Of a DNA stretch of 64,000 nt, positions 36,497 to 44,500 are shown piece by piece (the stretch's first letter is position 1; each line of letters begins with the position of its first letter). The notes beneath the pieces are model-generated. The model had not been told where the DNA came from. It saw nothing but the letters and a program-made list of their open reading frames with translations, and made no database searches. The position numbers and the translations under genes were made by a program. Origin of the DNA: Anaerolineaceae bacterium (GTDB taxonomy: Bacteria > Chloroflexota > Anaerolineae > Anaerolineales > Anaerolineaceae); NCBI GenBank assembly GCA_039683035.1, contig JBDKSE010000020.1:165158-229157 (forward strand), in the 5' to 3' direction.

Positions 36497-36515
36497 AATT
36501 ACTAATCATTAGAAT
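36497..36515 (+). repeat. Right copy of the bipartite direct repeat AATTACTAAT-N1-ATTAGAAT
   Basis: It starts immediately after the TGA of the 35720-36496 ORF, with aattactaat at 36497-36506 and attagaat at 36508-36515. Confidence 0.5.
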
Positions 36516-36532
36516 TAATCCTTAGCGGAGTA

Positions 36533-36608
36533 CGTAGGGTTCGCCGCTGACGCACCATTTTGCCAGGCACCGTTCAGGTGGTGCGTTCACTTTTGAACGC
36601 ACCCTACG
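36533..36608 (+). other. GC-rich structured element at the right islet border
   Basis: Outer pairing CGTAGGGT (36533-36540) with ACCCTACG (36601-36608). Perfect hairpin GGTGCGTTCA-CTTT-TGAACGCACC (36580-36603). A third related copy, TGACGCACC (36548-36556), could pair alternatively with 36580-36589. Confidence 0.35.
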
Positions 36609-36726
36609 GCTGCCTGCACTCGACTTTCCTTACCAATTCAAAGCAATTGTCTATACATTTGGGAACCCAAGGACCCTATAATGTTCGTAACGTAAGCCTT
36701 TCCTCAGCGAATCATGGAGGTGTTGG

Positions 36727-37134
36727 ATGAATCTGCAGGCGGTTTTGCCAGAACTCAACATTTGGGCAATCCTGGTGGCCATGCTGGTGCATACTGTAAT
36801 AGGATTGGCCTGGTTTCAGAAGGGGATATTCGGCAATGCATGGTCTGCGCTGACGGGAGCAAGTTTGAATCCGTCAACGAAGTGGATCCCTGCCGGTTTG
36901 ATTGGGCATCTGATCATGGTTTTTGTGCTGGCGATCATCATTCGACTGGCAAATGCCACCACGCTGCTTGAAGGCGCACTCATCGGCGCCATCGCATGCA
37001 TCGGTTTTATGGCTACACTGGAAGCCGGCGAGCTGATCTGGGAGAAGATACCATTCAAGCTTTACTTGATCCGGATCGGGAATCAATTGATCGGGATGAT
37101 GGTCAGCGGAGCGATTTTGGCTGTGTGGAGATAA
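36727..37134 (+). CDS. DUF1761-family membrane protein
   Basis: NIWAILVAMLVHTVIGLAWFQKGIFGNAWSALTG N-terminus and four hydrophobic segments. Confidence 0.7.
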   Translation: MNLQAVLPELNIWAILVAMLVHTVIGLAWFQKGIFGNAWSALTGASLNPSTKWIPAGLIGHLIMVFVLAIIIRLANATTLLEGALIGAIACIGFMATLEAGELIWEKIPFKLYLIRIGNQLIGMMVSGAILAVWR

Positions 37135-37238
37135 TGCGCGACAATACAAACGACGATCAAAGCGGTAAAAAGCAAACCTCAGTTGGTCTGTCCCTTCATG
37201 TGAGGCTACATCTCATTTTCCCCCATTAAATAAAAAAG

Positions 37239-37311
<73 letters not shown>

Positions 37312-37360
37312 ATTGCGCAATCGATTATAACCGAAAAATCCCGCACCTGCCAGAGTTTTT

Positions 37361-38287
37361 CTACGGGCAGGTGACCGTCATATTTGCCACGCTCGGGAAG
37401 AGCTGGTGGTTGGGGGCATCGATGTACACTTGGATGGTGCCTGCCGTGGTGCCGGGCACCTGCAGCGAATAGGACGGGGTGGTCTTGGTGCCGGCTTCGC
37501 TGAAGCTGAGTTCCAGCGTGGGCGAATTGCCCAGTGGGGTGACGAAGTAATAAGTCACCTTGCCGGCTGCGGTGGCGGTGATGGTCGCCGCCAGGTCGAT
37601 GGCTACCGGGCACACACCCGACCAGGTGGCGGGGTAGGCTGCCGGGACGGCGTTGGTCACGGCAAAGGTCTGCTGCACCACGATGACCACGGTGAACGCG
37701 GAACTCGATTCGGGTCCGATGCCGAAATTGGTGCCGGTGGCGGTTTGCAGCATCCAGTTGCCCTTGTAGGTCTTGGGAATGGAGGGGGCGGTCAAATCCA
37801 CCGAAACGTCAATGGTCTGACCCGGCGCCACGGTCTCGTCGAGTGTCTTGGAAGCCGGTCCGCTCATCGAATCGCCGCTGACGAACACCAGTTTGAAATT
37901 CGACGCCCAGGTACCCGTGCCGTCATTGCGCAGGCGCCAGGTCTTCTTGAAGGTCTTTCCGGGCTCGATGACCGTGTTATCCGGGATGGTCACATCGGTG
38001 ATGAAACCCACCTTGAAGGTCGGTTGGGGGGTATTGGTCGCCTGGGGGGCGGTTTCGGTCGTCCCCGCGGTGGGGGCAGCCAGGGTAAGCGTGGGGGTGG
38101 GTGCGTTGGGTGACAGGTTGGATGCAAGCTGGGTCTGCATGGCAGAAACGGTCTGCGCCACGGCGGTTTGATTGTTGCCCACGGCGGGAGTCACATTTTT
38201 GCCGAGCGGCAGGTTGCAGGCGGCCAGCAGCATGATGACGACCAGGAATACCGTAGAGAACTGGATGATTTTTCGCATGAATCTCAC
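37361..38287 (-). CDS. Secreted/lipoprotein with an NBR1-like Ig-fold domain
   Basis: Leader ...VVIMLLAAC. FITDVTIPDNTVIEPGKTFKKTWRLRNDGTGTW...GQTIDVSVDLTAP...GNWMLQ matches the NBR1 (N_BRCA1_IG-like) pattern. Confidence 0.65.
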   Translation of the reverse strand: MRFMRKIIQFSTVFLVVIMLLAACNLPLGKNVTPAVGNNQTAVAQTVSAMQTQLASNLSPNAPTPTLTLAAPTAGTTETAPQATNTPQPTFKVGFITDVTIPDNTVIEPGKTFKKTWRLRNDGTGTWASNFKLVFVSGDSMSGPASKTLDETVAPGQTIDVSVDLTAPSIPKTYKGNWMLQTATGTNFGIGPESSSAFTVVIVVQQTFAVTNAVPAAYPATWSGVCPVAIDLAATITATAAGKVTYYFVTPLGNSPTLELSFSEAGTKTTPSYSLQVPGTTAGTIQVYIDAPNHQLFPSVANMTVTCP

Positions 38288-38384
38288 CTGGAATGATGCG
38301 TTTTCTTAAGAGGGTTCACACCCCCATTATAGGAGGGTTTGGAAAGCTGCACAATAGACCCCCGGACAAGTGGCAGGAAACTGG

Positions 38385-39008
38385 TTACTTATATCTGGAA
38401 AACCACTTCTTGAAAGGCGGCAGGCGCAGCAGCATCAAGATTGCCCAGATGATCAATCCGAGCAGGGGAAAGAACACCTCGCCTCGCAATTGAAACAGAT
38501 TGCCCTTCTTGAGCAGCGCAAAATGCAGCAGCGCCAGCAGCGACGCCAGGTAGACGAAGCGGTGGATGCGCCTCCAGTTGCGCTTGAGCCGCAGCTTCCA
38601 ACCGTCGGTGGAGGTCAGTGCCATGGTGCCGAGGATCAACAACGAGATCGATCCCAGCCACAAAGCCTTGTTTCCCAGGATGGTCCTGACGACCAGGTTG
38701 AAATCAAAAGCATAGTCCAATCCCAGGAAGATCAGGAAATGAGCCGCAGCGTAGTAAAAGGAGTACAACCCGGTGATACGGCGGTACTTGACCCCGCGGT
38801 TGAACCCGGTGATGATCCTGAGCGGAGTGAATATGAGCGAAAGCAGCAGCAGCGCGACGGCGATATCCCCGGTGCGCCGTTCGAGGATCTGGACGGGGTC
38901 CGGACCCAATTTTCCCTGTATGTAAAGGAATGCCAGGATCGACGCCGGGACAAGGCAGAGCAGGTTCACTGCCAGGCGGTCAAAGCGGCGCAGATCCTGG
39001 AACTTCAT
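38385..39008 (-). CDS. msrQ: Methionine sulfoxide reductase heme-binding membrane subunit MsrQ (YedZ)
   Basis: Ferric-reductase-like six-TM protein with conserved His in YSFYYAAAHFLIF and IHRFVYL. It lies immediately downstream of msrP. Confidence 0.85.
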   Translation of the reverse strand: MKFQDLRRFDRLAVNLLCLVPASILAFLYIQGKLGPDPVQILERRTGDIAVALLLLSLIFTPLRIITGFNRGVKYRRITGLYSFYYAAAHFLIFLGLDYAFDFNLVVRTILGNKALWLGSISLLILGTMALTSTDGWKLRLKRNWRRIHRFVYLASLLALLHFALLKKGNLFQLRGEVFFPLLGLIIWAILMLLRLPPFKKWFSRYK

Positions 39009-39980
39009 CTAGAAATTGGCTTTCAGATCCATGCCTTCATACAGCGGCGCCACCTCGGAGTAACCGTTGAAGAGCAGGGTGGGACGGCGGCCAGCTTCGC
39101 CCAACCTTCGCTCGGAGTACTGCGTCCAGCGCGGATGGGGAACATCGGGGTTGACGTTGGAATAGAAGCCGTATTCATCGGGGGCGGTGGTATTCCAGAA
39201 GGTGGGCGGTTGATCTTTCACCGCTTCGATCTTGACAATGGATTTGACGCTTTTGAAGCCGTACTTCCAGGGCACGACGATCCGCAGCGGGGCGCCGTCC
39301 TGCTTGGGCAGAGGCTGACCGTACAACCCGCTGACCAGCAGGGTGAGATCGTGATTGGCTTCGTCCAACCGCAAGCCTTCATCATAGGGCCATTTGAAGA
39401 ACGAATCGTTTTGTCCAGGCATCTGGGCGGGACGAAGCACGGTGGTAAACGCGATGTACCTGGCTTCCGGCTGCACGCCCACATCTTTCAGCAGGCGGTT
39501 TAGCGGGAATCCCTCCCAAGGCACCACAATGGACCAACCCTCCACGCAGCGCATGCGGTAGACGTGTTCTGAGGCGGGGTAATTCTGAATGATCTCATCG
39601 GCGGACAGTGTGACAGGTTTATCGACGAGACCGCCAATTTCCACCGTCCACGGTTCGGTCTGGAAACCGGATACCAGGTCTGCCACGGCACCCTTATCCT
39701 GCGAAAACTCATAGAAGTTGTTGTAGTGGGTGATGGTGTCGAGGGGGGTCTCCACGTCGGGAGGGGGTGTTGGCGTAAGGGTGGCCGTTTCGGCGCCCGT
39801 GGTGGGATTTCCCGGGGGAGTCACGCCGCAGGCTGCCAGAGCAGCGGTGACGCCCATCATTGCAGAGAGGCGCAGGAATTTGCGCCGCGAAAAATAAAGC
39901 TTTTCAGGTGTAATCTCATCTTTCAGAGGAGAAACCAAATTATCCTTCATGGCAACTTCCCTGTCTGTTTTTTCAGACAA
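39009..39980 (-). CDS. msrP: Periplasmic molybdopterin-dependent methionine sulfoxide reductase MsrP (YedY)
   Basis: Tat-type leader SRRKFLRLSAMMGVTAALAAC. YNNFYEF, YRMRCVEGWS and LRIVVPWKYGFKS are sulfite-oxidase-family motifs. Confidence 0.85.
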   Translation of the reverse strand: MSEKTDREVAMKDNLVSPLKDEITPEKLYFSRRKFLRLSAMMGVTAALAACGVTPPGNPTTGAETATLTPTPPPDVETPLDTITHYNNFYEFSQDKGAVADLVSGFQTEPWTVEIGGLVDKPVTLSADEIIQNYPASEHVYRMRCVEGWSIVVPWEGFPLNRLLKDVGVQPEARYIAFTTVLRPAQMPGQNDSFFKWPYDEGLRLDEANHDLTLLVSGLYGQPLPKQDGAPLRIVVPWKYGFKSVKSIVKIEAVKDQPPTFWNTTAPDEYGFYSNVNPDVPHPRWTQYSERRLGEAGRRPTLLFNGYSEVAPLYEGMDLKANF

Positions 39981-40051
39981 TATTGATCATAATATAGCAC
40001 GGCAGCGGGGGGAATGCATGAAGGAAGATTAATAATCCATCAAATGGACGG

Positions 40052-41272
40052 TCAGGCGATTTTCCGCATGAAGGGTTTGAACAGGTAAATGGCGATTGCC
40101 AGCACCCCGAGAATTCCTGCGCCGATAAAGGCAGCCACGGGTTCGTTGATGCGGTCCGCGATCAGACCCATAAACAGGCTGCCCAGGGTTTGACCTCCAG
40201 CCAGGATCAGAGCGTAAATGCTCATGACCCTGCCGCGCATCTCGTCACTGGTGTTTGCCTGGATGAGACCGTTGGCGATGTTAACCACCATGATCAAGCT
40301 CAACCCCATGAAGGCGATCATCAACAGAGAGAATGGCAGCCAGCGTGCCATGCCAAAGAGAAGCACCGAAATGGGAAGCAGGATGGAGCCCAAAGTCCAG
40401 ATTTTCCCCCTGTACCCTCTTGAGGCAACGGTGGCAAGAACCAGTCCGCTGATGAGTGAACCTACGCCGCGTGCTGAAAGGAGCAATCCATTGGTGGTTA
40501 CATTGCCGTGGAGCACGTCCACCGCCCACGCCGGTGCAAGCACCAGGATCCCAAAGCCAAATGCTGAACAGATAAATAAACTGACGAAAAGAAGCTTCAT
40601 GGAATCGCTGGAAAACGCGGCTTTAACGCCCTCTTTCAACTCAATGATGGGAGACATGTGATCGGTACGAAGCTGCACTTTGATGCGCATCAACAGCAAT
40701 GCCGCGATCACTGCAATGAATGAGATGGCATTGATGGTAAAACACCAGGCAGGACCCAGCCAGGCGTAGACCAAACCTGCCACGGCAGGTCCTGTGACCA
40801 CACCGAGGTTGAACATGGTGGCGTTCAGGGCAATGGCATTGGTGAGATCTTTACGCTCCACCAGTTCGGCGACGAACGCCTGCCTGCCGGGCATGTCGAA
40901 GGCGTTGGCGATGCCCAGCATGAATGCCAGGGCGATGATATGCCACGGCTGCACAGTATGGGTGAAGGTGAGCACTGCCAGGATGGATGCTAGCACCATC
41001 ATGGTGGATTGGGTGATGATCAACAGCGTGCGCTTGGGGATGCGGTCGGCTATGACCCCGCCGTAGAGGGTCAGCAGCCAGGTGGGAATACCGGAAGCAA
41101 AGCTGACATAGCCCAGAAAGGCTGCGGAATGGGTGAGGTCGAAAATTAAAAACCCCTGCGCCGTGGATTGCATCCAGGTGCCGATCAAAGACACCAATTG
41201 CCCCATGAACCATAGACGGTAGTTGGGGTGCTGAAGCGCGGCAAAAGTATCTTTGAGGTGGCTGGCGATCAT
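40052..41272 (-). CDS. MFS transporter (EntS/MFS_3-like)
   Basis: 406 aa, about 12 TM segments. N-terminus NYRLWFMGQLVSLIGTWMQ is typical of this subfamily. Confidence 0.8.
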   Translation of the reverse strand: MIASHLKDTFAALQHPNYRLWFMGQLVSLIGTWMQSTAQGFLIFDLTHSAAFLGYVSFASGIPTWLLTLYGGVIADRIPKRTLLIITQSTMMVLASILAVLTFTHTVQPWHIIALAFMLGIANAFDMPGRQAFVAELVERKDLTNAIALNATMFNLGVVTGPAVAGLVYAWLGPAWCFTINAISFIAVIAALLLMRIKVQLRTDHMSPIIELKEGVKAAFSSDSMKLLFVSLFICSAFGFGILVLAPAWAVDVLHGNVTTNGLLLSARGVGSLISGLVLATVASRGYRGKIWTLGSILLPISVLLFGMARWLPFSLLMIAFMGLSLIMVVNIANGLIQANTSDEMRGRVMSIYALILAGGQTLGSLFMGLIADRINEPVAAFIGAGILGVLAIAIYLFKPFMRKIA

Positions 41273-41413
41273 GCAATGACTTCCACAGAGGGATCATTTT
41301 GTTATATCACAACTCCAGAATCCAGCCCAATCAGGTTAAATTCCGAATGAGAGCATCCTTACAAAATCCTTAAATTGCTTGATTTTGTCGCGGAAGCTGT
41401 CTACACTGCAAAT

Positions 41414-41863
41414 ATGCTCAAAAAGCGCTTTATCGCGGCGTTGTGTTTAGTCTTGGTGATTGCCGGATGCACCACCAAAACACAGACGCCACAAGAAGGT
41501 CTGACCACAACGCAGCCCGCACTCGCGGAATCCGGCAGCAGTTCAGGGAATGCGTTGAATCCGCCGGCAAACACGCCGGGTCAGGATACCGTCGAGGTCC
41601 TACCCCAAAGCCCGCTTCAACTGCTCATTGACAACCCCAAAGATGGCGACACCGTCACATCACAAGATGTGACCATCACAGGTCGAACCGCTCCAGGCGG
41701 CGTGGTGAGTATTGATGATCAATTCACCGTCGCCGACCAGAACGGGGCTTTCAGCCTGGCTGTGCATCTCGATTCGGGACTGCAGATGATCACAGTGGAA
41801 GCGAGCAACAATAGCGGGGAGGATGTAATTGTCACGCTCAGTGTCGATATTCAACCTGAGTGA
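41414..41863 (+). CDS. Lipoprotein, function unknown (Ig-like C-terminal part)
   Basis: MLKKRFIAALCLVLVIAGC lipobox. I chose ATG 41414 over the longer ORF start. Confidence 0.55.
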   Translation: MLKKRFIAALCLVLVIAGCTTKTQTPQEGLTTTQPALAESGSSSGNALNPPANTPGQDTVEVLPQSPLQLLIDNPKDGDTVTSQDVTITGRTAPGGVVSIDDQFTVADQNGAFSLAVHLDSGLQMITVEASNNSGEDVIVTLSVDIQPE

Positions 41864-41877
41864 AAAGGAGTAAAAAG

Positions 41878-42663
41878 ATGAAGAAAAGCATTCTGTACAT
41901 GGGTTTGTTGCTGGCCATTGTGTTGGCGATGACGGCTACCACCGTTCTGGCGGCACCGGATATTTCCATGAAACCCAAGAAAACACCGGCCCCCCAGGGA
42001 ACGGAAGTGACTGCCACCGAGGTGACTCCGGCACCGCACGGCAATTCGGAGCAACACCGCAATAACCAGAACAATCAAAATGAGAAAAACGGCAAGGCGA
42101 ACTTCCGCGGCGTGGTAGTGACATCTGATGCCACCAGCCTGACCCTTGAACTCAAGGACGGCACGCAGCAGGTGATCATGATGGATGAGAATACGGTCAT
42201 CAAGTATCCCACCCATTTCAACCCCGCGGCGACTGAAGAACCCACCGCCACTGAAACAGCCACGGCTACTGAAGCCGCCACCGAAACCGTAACTGCGACC
42301 GTAACCCCCACGGGTCCGCTCGCCGGACTGCAGGTGATGGTGAAAGCCGTCAAGCAGACCGATGACAGCTTCCTGGCGCTGAAGATCATGGTCATCCCCG
42401 GCAAGCCCGTAAAACAGCAGCATGTTGGCGAAGTGACTGCCTACACTGAGGGCAGCTCCATCACCATCAAAGCCAAGGACGGCAAGGAATACACATTCGA
42501 GATCTCAACCACCACCAAGATCCTGCCTGAAGGCTCAACGATCAAAGTTGGCGATATGGTCACCGTGATCATGCCGCGTGTTTTGACCGGTCAGCCAATG
42601 GTAGCAGCCGGGATCGTTCTGCATGGTGTTGAAACCGGTACTGAAAGTGAATCTGGCGATTAG
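41878..42663 (+). CDS. Secreted protein with two DUF5666-like beta modules
   Basis: RBS AAAGGAG before ATG 41878. Signal peptide MKKSILYMGLLLAIVLAMTATTVLA. Repeated pattern FRGVVVTSDATSLTLELKDG.. / VGEVTAYTEGSSITIKAKDG... Confidence 0.55.
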   Translation: MKKSILYMGLLLAIVLAMTATTVLAAPDISMKPKKTPAPQGTEVTATEVTPAPHGNSEQHRNNQNNQNEKNGKANFRGVVVTSDATSLTLELKDGTQQVIMMDENTVIKYPTHFNPAATEEPTATETATATEAATETVTATVTPTGPLAGLQVMVKAVKQTDDSFLALKIMVIPGKPVKQQHVGEVTAYTEGSSITIKAKDGKEYTFEISTTTKILPEGSTIKVGDMVTVIMPRVLTGQPMVAAGIVLHGVETGTESESGD

Positions 42664-42715
42664 GATCGTAACTGCGTAACTGGCAGTTAATTTTGAAGTT
42701 CAATTGAGCATAATC

Positions 42716-42757
42716 GACCTGCTCCCGGTGATTTTCACCGGGAGCAGGTCTGTTTTC
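42716..42757 (+). terminator. Strong intrinsic terminator
   Basis: 16-bp perfect stem GACCTGCTCCCGGTGA/TCACCGGGAGCAGGTC, followed by TGTTTT. Confidence 0.8.
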
Positions 42758-42768
42758 GCTGAGATCGC

Positions 42769-42797
42769 TTGACTATCTGTCATGGATTGTGTAGAAT
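42769..42797 (+). promoter_or_regulatory. Near-consensus sigma-70-like promoter
   Basis: TTGACT (42769-42774), 17 nt, TAGAAT (42792-42797). Confidence 0.55.
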
Positions 42798-42831
42798 CTC
42801 TTTATCTAATTCTTGAAAGGAGGTAACGGTG

Positions 42832-42900
42832 ATGAAGAAACTTGTATTTGCCCATGTCTGGGAACTTTGCCGCGCGCCTCTTGAGGGAAGGGTATTGTAG
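42832..42900 (+). CDS. Candidate 22-codon small ORF / leader peptide MKKLVFAHVWELCRAPLEGRVL
   Basis: AAGGAGGT ends 8 nt before ATG 42832; TAG at 42898-42900. The ORF is bracketed by the promoter above and a terminator-like hairpin below. It is too short for the ORF track. Confidence 0.35.
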   Translation: MKKLVFAHVWELCRAPLEGRVL

Positions 42901-42923
42901 GTTTCATACCCGATGATGATCCT

Positions 42924-42957
42924 GCCACAGGTGCGCTGCATCTGTGGCTTTTGTTTT
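42924..42957 (+). terminator. Terminator/attenuator-like hairpin upstream of the RIO kinase gene
   Basis: GCCACAG-11 nt-CTGTGGC followed by TTTTGTTTT. It ends 43 nt before ATG 43000. Confidence 0.45.
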
Positions 42958-42999
42958 AAGCCTGTTTGTTCATTCGTTTTTGAAATGTGATGGAAGAAA

Positions 43000-44022
43000 A
43001 TGAATTCTTTGTTGAACATAGATTTTGATGATGAAATGGATTTCGAGCACGATCTGCCGCGTGTACGCAATATGTCCAAAGGCCGCAAAACCGCGGATCA
43101 TTTTGTACACAAGGCGGTGATGGTCAACCGGGTACGGAAAGTCTCGATTAACGACGATCTGGATAAGTTCACCTATCAACCTTCGCGCCACGAGAGCCAA
43201 TGGTTGATGAGCTCGCTGGGCGAGTTCTATGAATTACGCTGGTTTGATGACATCCTGCGGATGGTGAAGGGCGGCAAAGAAGCCTCCGTTTACCAGGTAA
43301 GAGCCAATACCAATGTGGGCGTTCCCTACCTGGCGGCCAAGGTATACCGGCCGCGGCAGTTCCGCAATCTGAAGAAGGACCACCTGTACCGCGAGGGAAG
43401 GTCGCAGTTGGAGAACGACGGCAAGGTGATTCTGGATGACGGCATGCTGCATGCCATGCAGAAGAAAACCTCCTACGGCATGGAACTGCTCCACGAATCC
43501 TGGCTGGGCAGCGAATTCAAGACTATGAAAATCCTCGCCGAAGCTGGAGCCGACATTCCAAAACCTTACGCGAGCGGTAAGAATGCCATCCTGATGGATT
43601 TCATCGGTGATGAGGACGCTGCAGCGCCTTCGCTGAATTCGATTGCGCTCTCCTTTACCGAAGCCAGGGAACTCTTCCAGCGGGTGATCTTCAATATCGA
43701 GATTTGCCTGGAGCATCGAAGGATCCATGCAGATCTCTCTGCCTACAATATCCTTTACTGGGAGGGGAGGATCACGTTGATCGACTTCCCCCAGGCGATC
43801 GACCCCGACGAGAACCACAACGCTTACGCCATCTTTCAACGCGACGTGCGGCGGGTTTGCGAGTACTTTACCGCCCAGGGGGTGGAGTCGAACCCCGAGA
43901 GACTGGCAAAGTCGATGTGGCTTGCGAGAGGCAGGTCCACCGCTCCTGAGGTCGATCCGCATTTCCTTGACCCTGAGAAAGCGGAAGACCGCAAAGCCTG
44001 GGAAAAACAGAAGCAAGCTTAA
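43000..44022 (+). CDS. RIO-type atypical serine protein kinase
   Basis: GGKEASVYQV (P-loop-like), AAKVYR, HADLSAYNILY and LIDFPQA match the RIO1-family catalytic motifs. Confidence 0.8.
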   Translation: MNSLLNIDFDDEMDFEHDLPRVRNMSKGRKTADHFVHKAVMVNRVRKVSINDDLDKFTYQPSRHESQWLMSSLGEFYELRWFDDILRMVKGGKEASVYQVRANTNVGVPYLAAKVYRPRQFRNLKKDHLYREGRSQLENDGKVILDDGMLHAMQKKTSYGMELLHESWLGSEFKTMKILAEAGADIPKPYASGKNAILMDFIGDEDAAAPSLNSIALSFTEARELFQRVIFNIEICLEHRRIHADLSAYNILYWEGRITLIDFPQAIDPDENHNAYAIFQRDVRRVCEYFTAQGVESNPERLAKSMWLARGRSTAPEVDPHFLDPEKAEDRKAWEKQKQA

Positions 44023-44135
44023 TGCAAATGCCCGGTGATATCCCCGCCGGGCATTTTGGATATAATACACTCAATCTTAACCCCTCAACAATAAGAGGCG
44101 CGTTTTTCATTGATTGGAAGGATGATCCAGCAATC

Positions 44136-44471
44136 ATGTTCAGCAGGTTCGCAGCCCAATTCCTGGGTTTGATCTTTTCCAAAGCGGACTTTTTGGTGCC
44201 ATTCAGAAAGCATGCCTCCAATGAATTCTGGCTGGCAATCCGGCACCCGAAGCCAGTTTATCCGGTACATTTCCTGATTCTTCCCCGGAAGGGCTGGAAG
44301 GATGTTTTCCAAATACCCCTGGAAGACCCGCAAATCGCGGCGGCGCTGCTGCAAATCACTTCTTCATTGATCCGGAATGAACGGCTGGATGAAAACCAAT
44401 GCCGGCTGGTGATCAACGGGGGCGGCTTTCAAATAGCACCGCTGGTGCACGCCCACCTCATCAGCGGATGA
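44136..44471 (+). CDS. HIT-family-like protein (degenerate histidine triad)
   Basis: LAIRHPKPVYPVHFLILPRKG and the C-terminal LVHAHLISG. The start is set at MFSRF (44136), and the ORF could extend to 44022. Confidence 0.55.
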   Translation: MFSRFAAQFLGLIFSKADFLVPFRKHASNEFWLAIRHPKPVYPVHFLILPRKGWKDVFQIPLEDPQIAAALLQITSSLIRNERLDENQCRLVINGGGFQIAPLVHAHLISG

Positions 44472-44500
44472 ACCAAAATCCAATGCGGGCAGGACCAGAT

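Larger units (their letters stand above)
34262..36520. other. AT-rich two-gene genomic islet (probable horizontally acquired cassette)
   Basis: Base composition shifts abruptly at about 34262 and about 36520. The islet holds a 570-nt AT-rich leader and two + strand ORFs with AT-rich codon usage. It lies 0.7 kb from the 3' end of tRNA-Lys. Confidence 0.6.

Noticed and set aside
38370-39503. 377-aa + strand ORF across msrQ/msrP
   Set aside because: It is antisense to the motif-rich msrPQ pair. Its translation is Gln/Arg/Asp-rich and low in complexity.
43234-44070. 278-aa minus-strand ORF over the RIO kinase gene
   Set aside because: It is antisense to a gene with clear kinase motifs and has no RBS or motifs.
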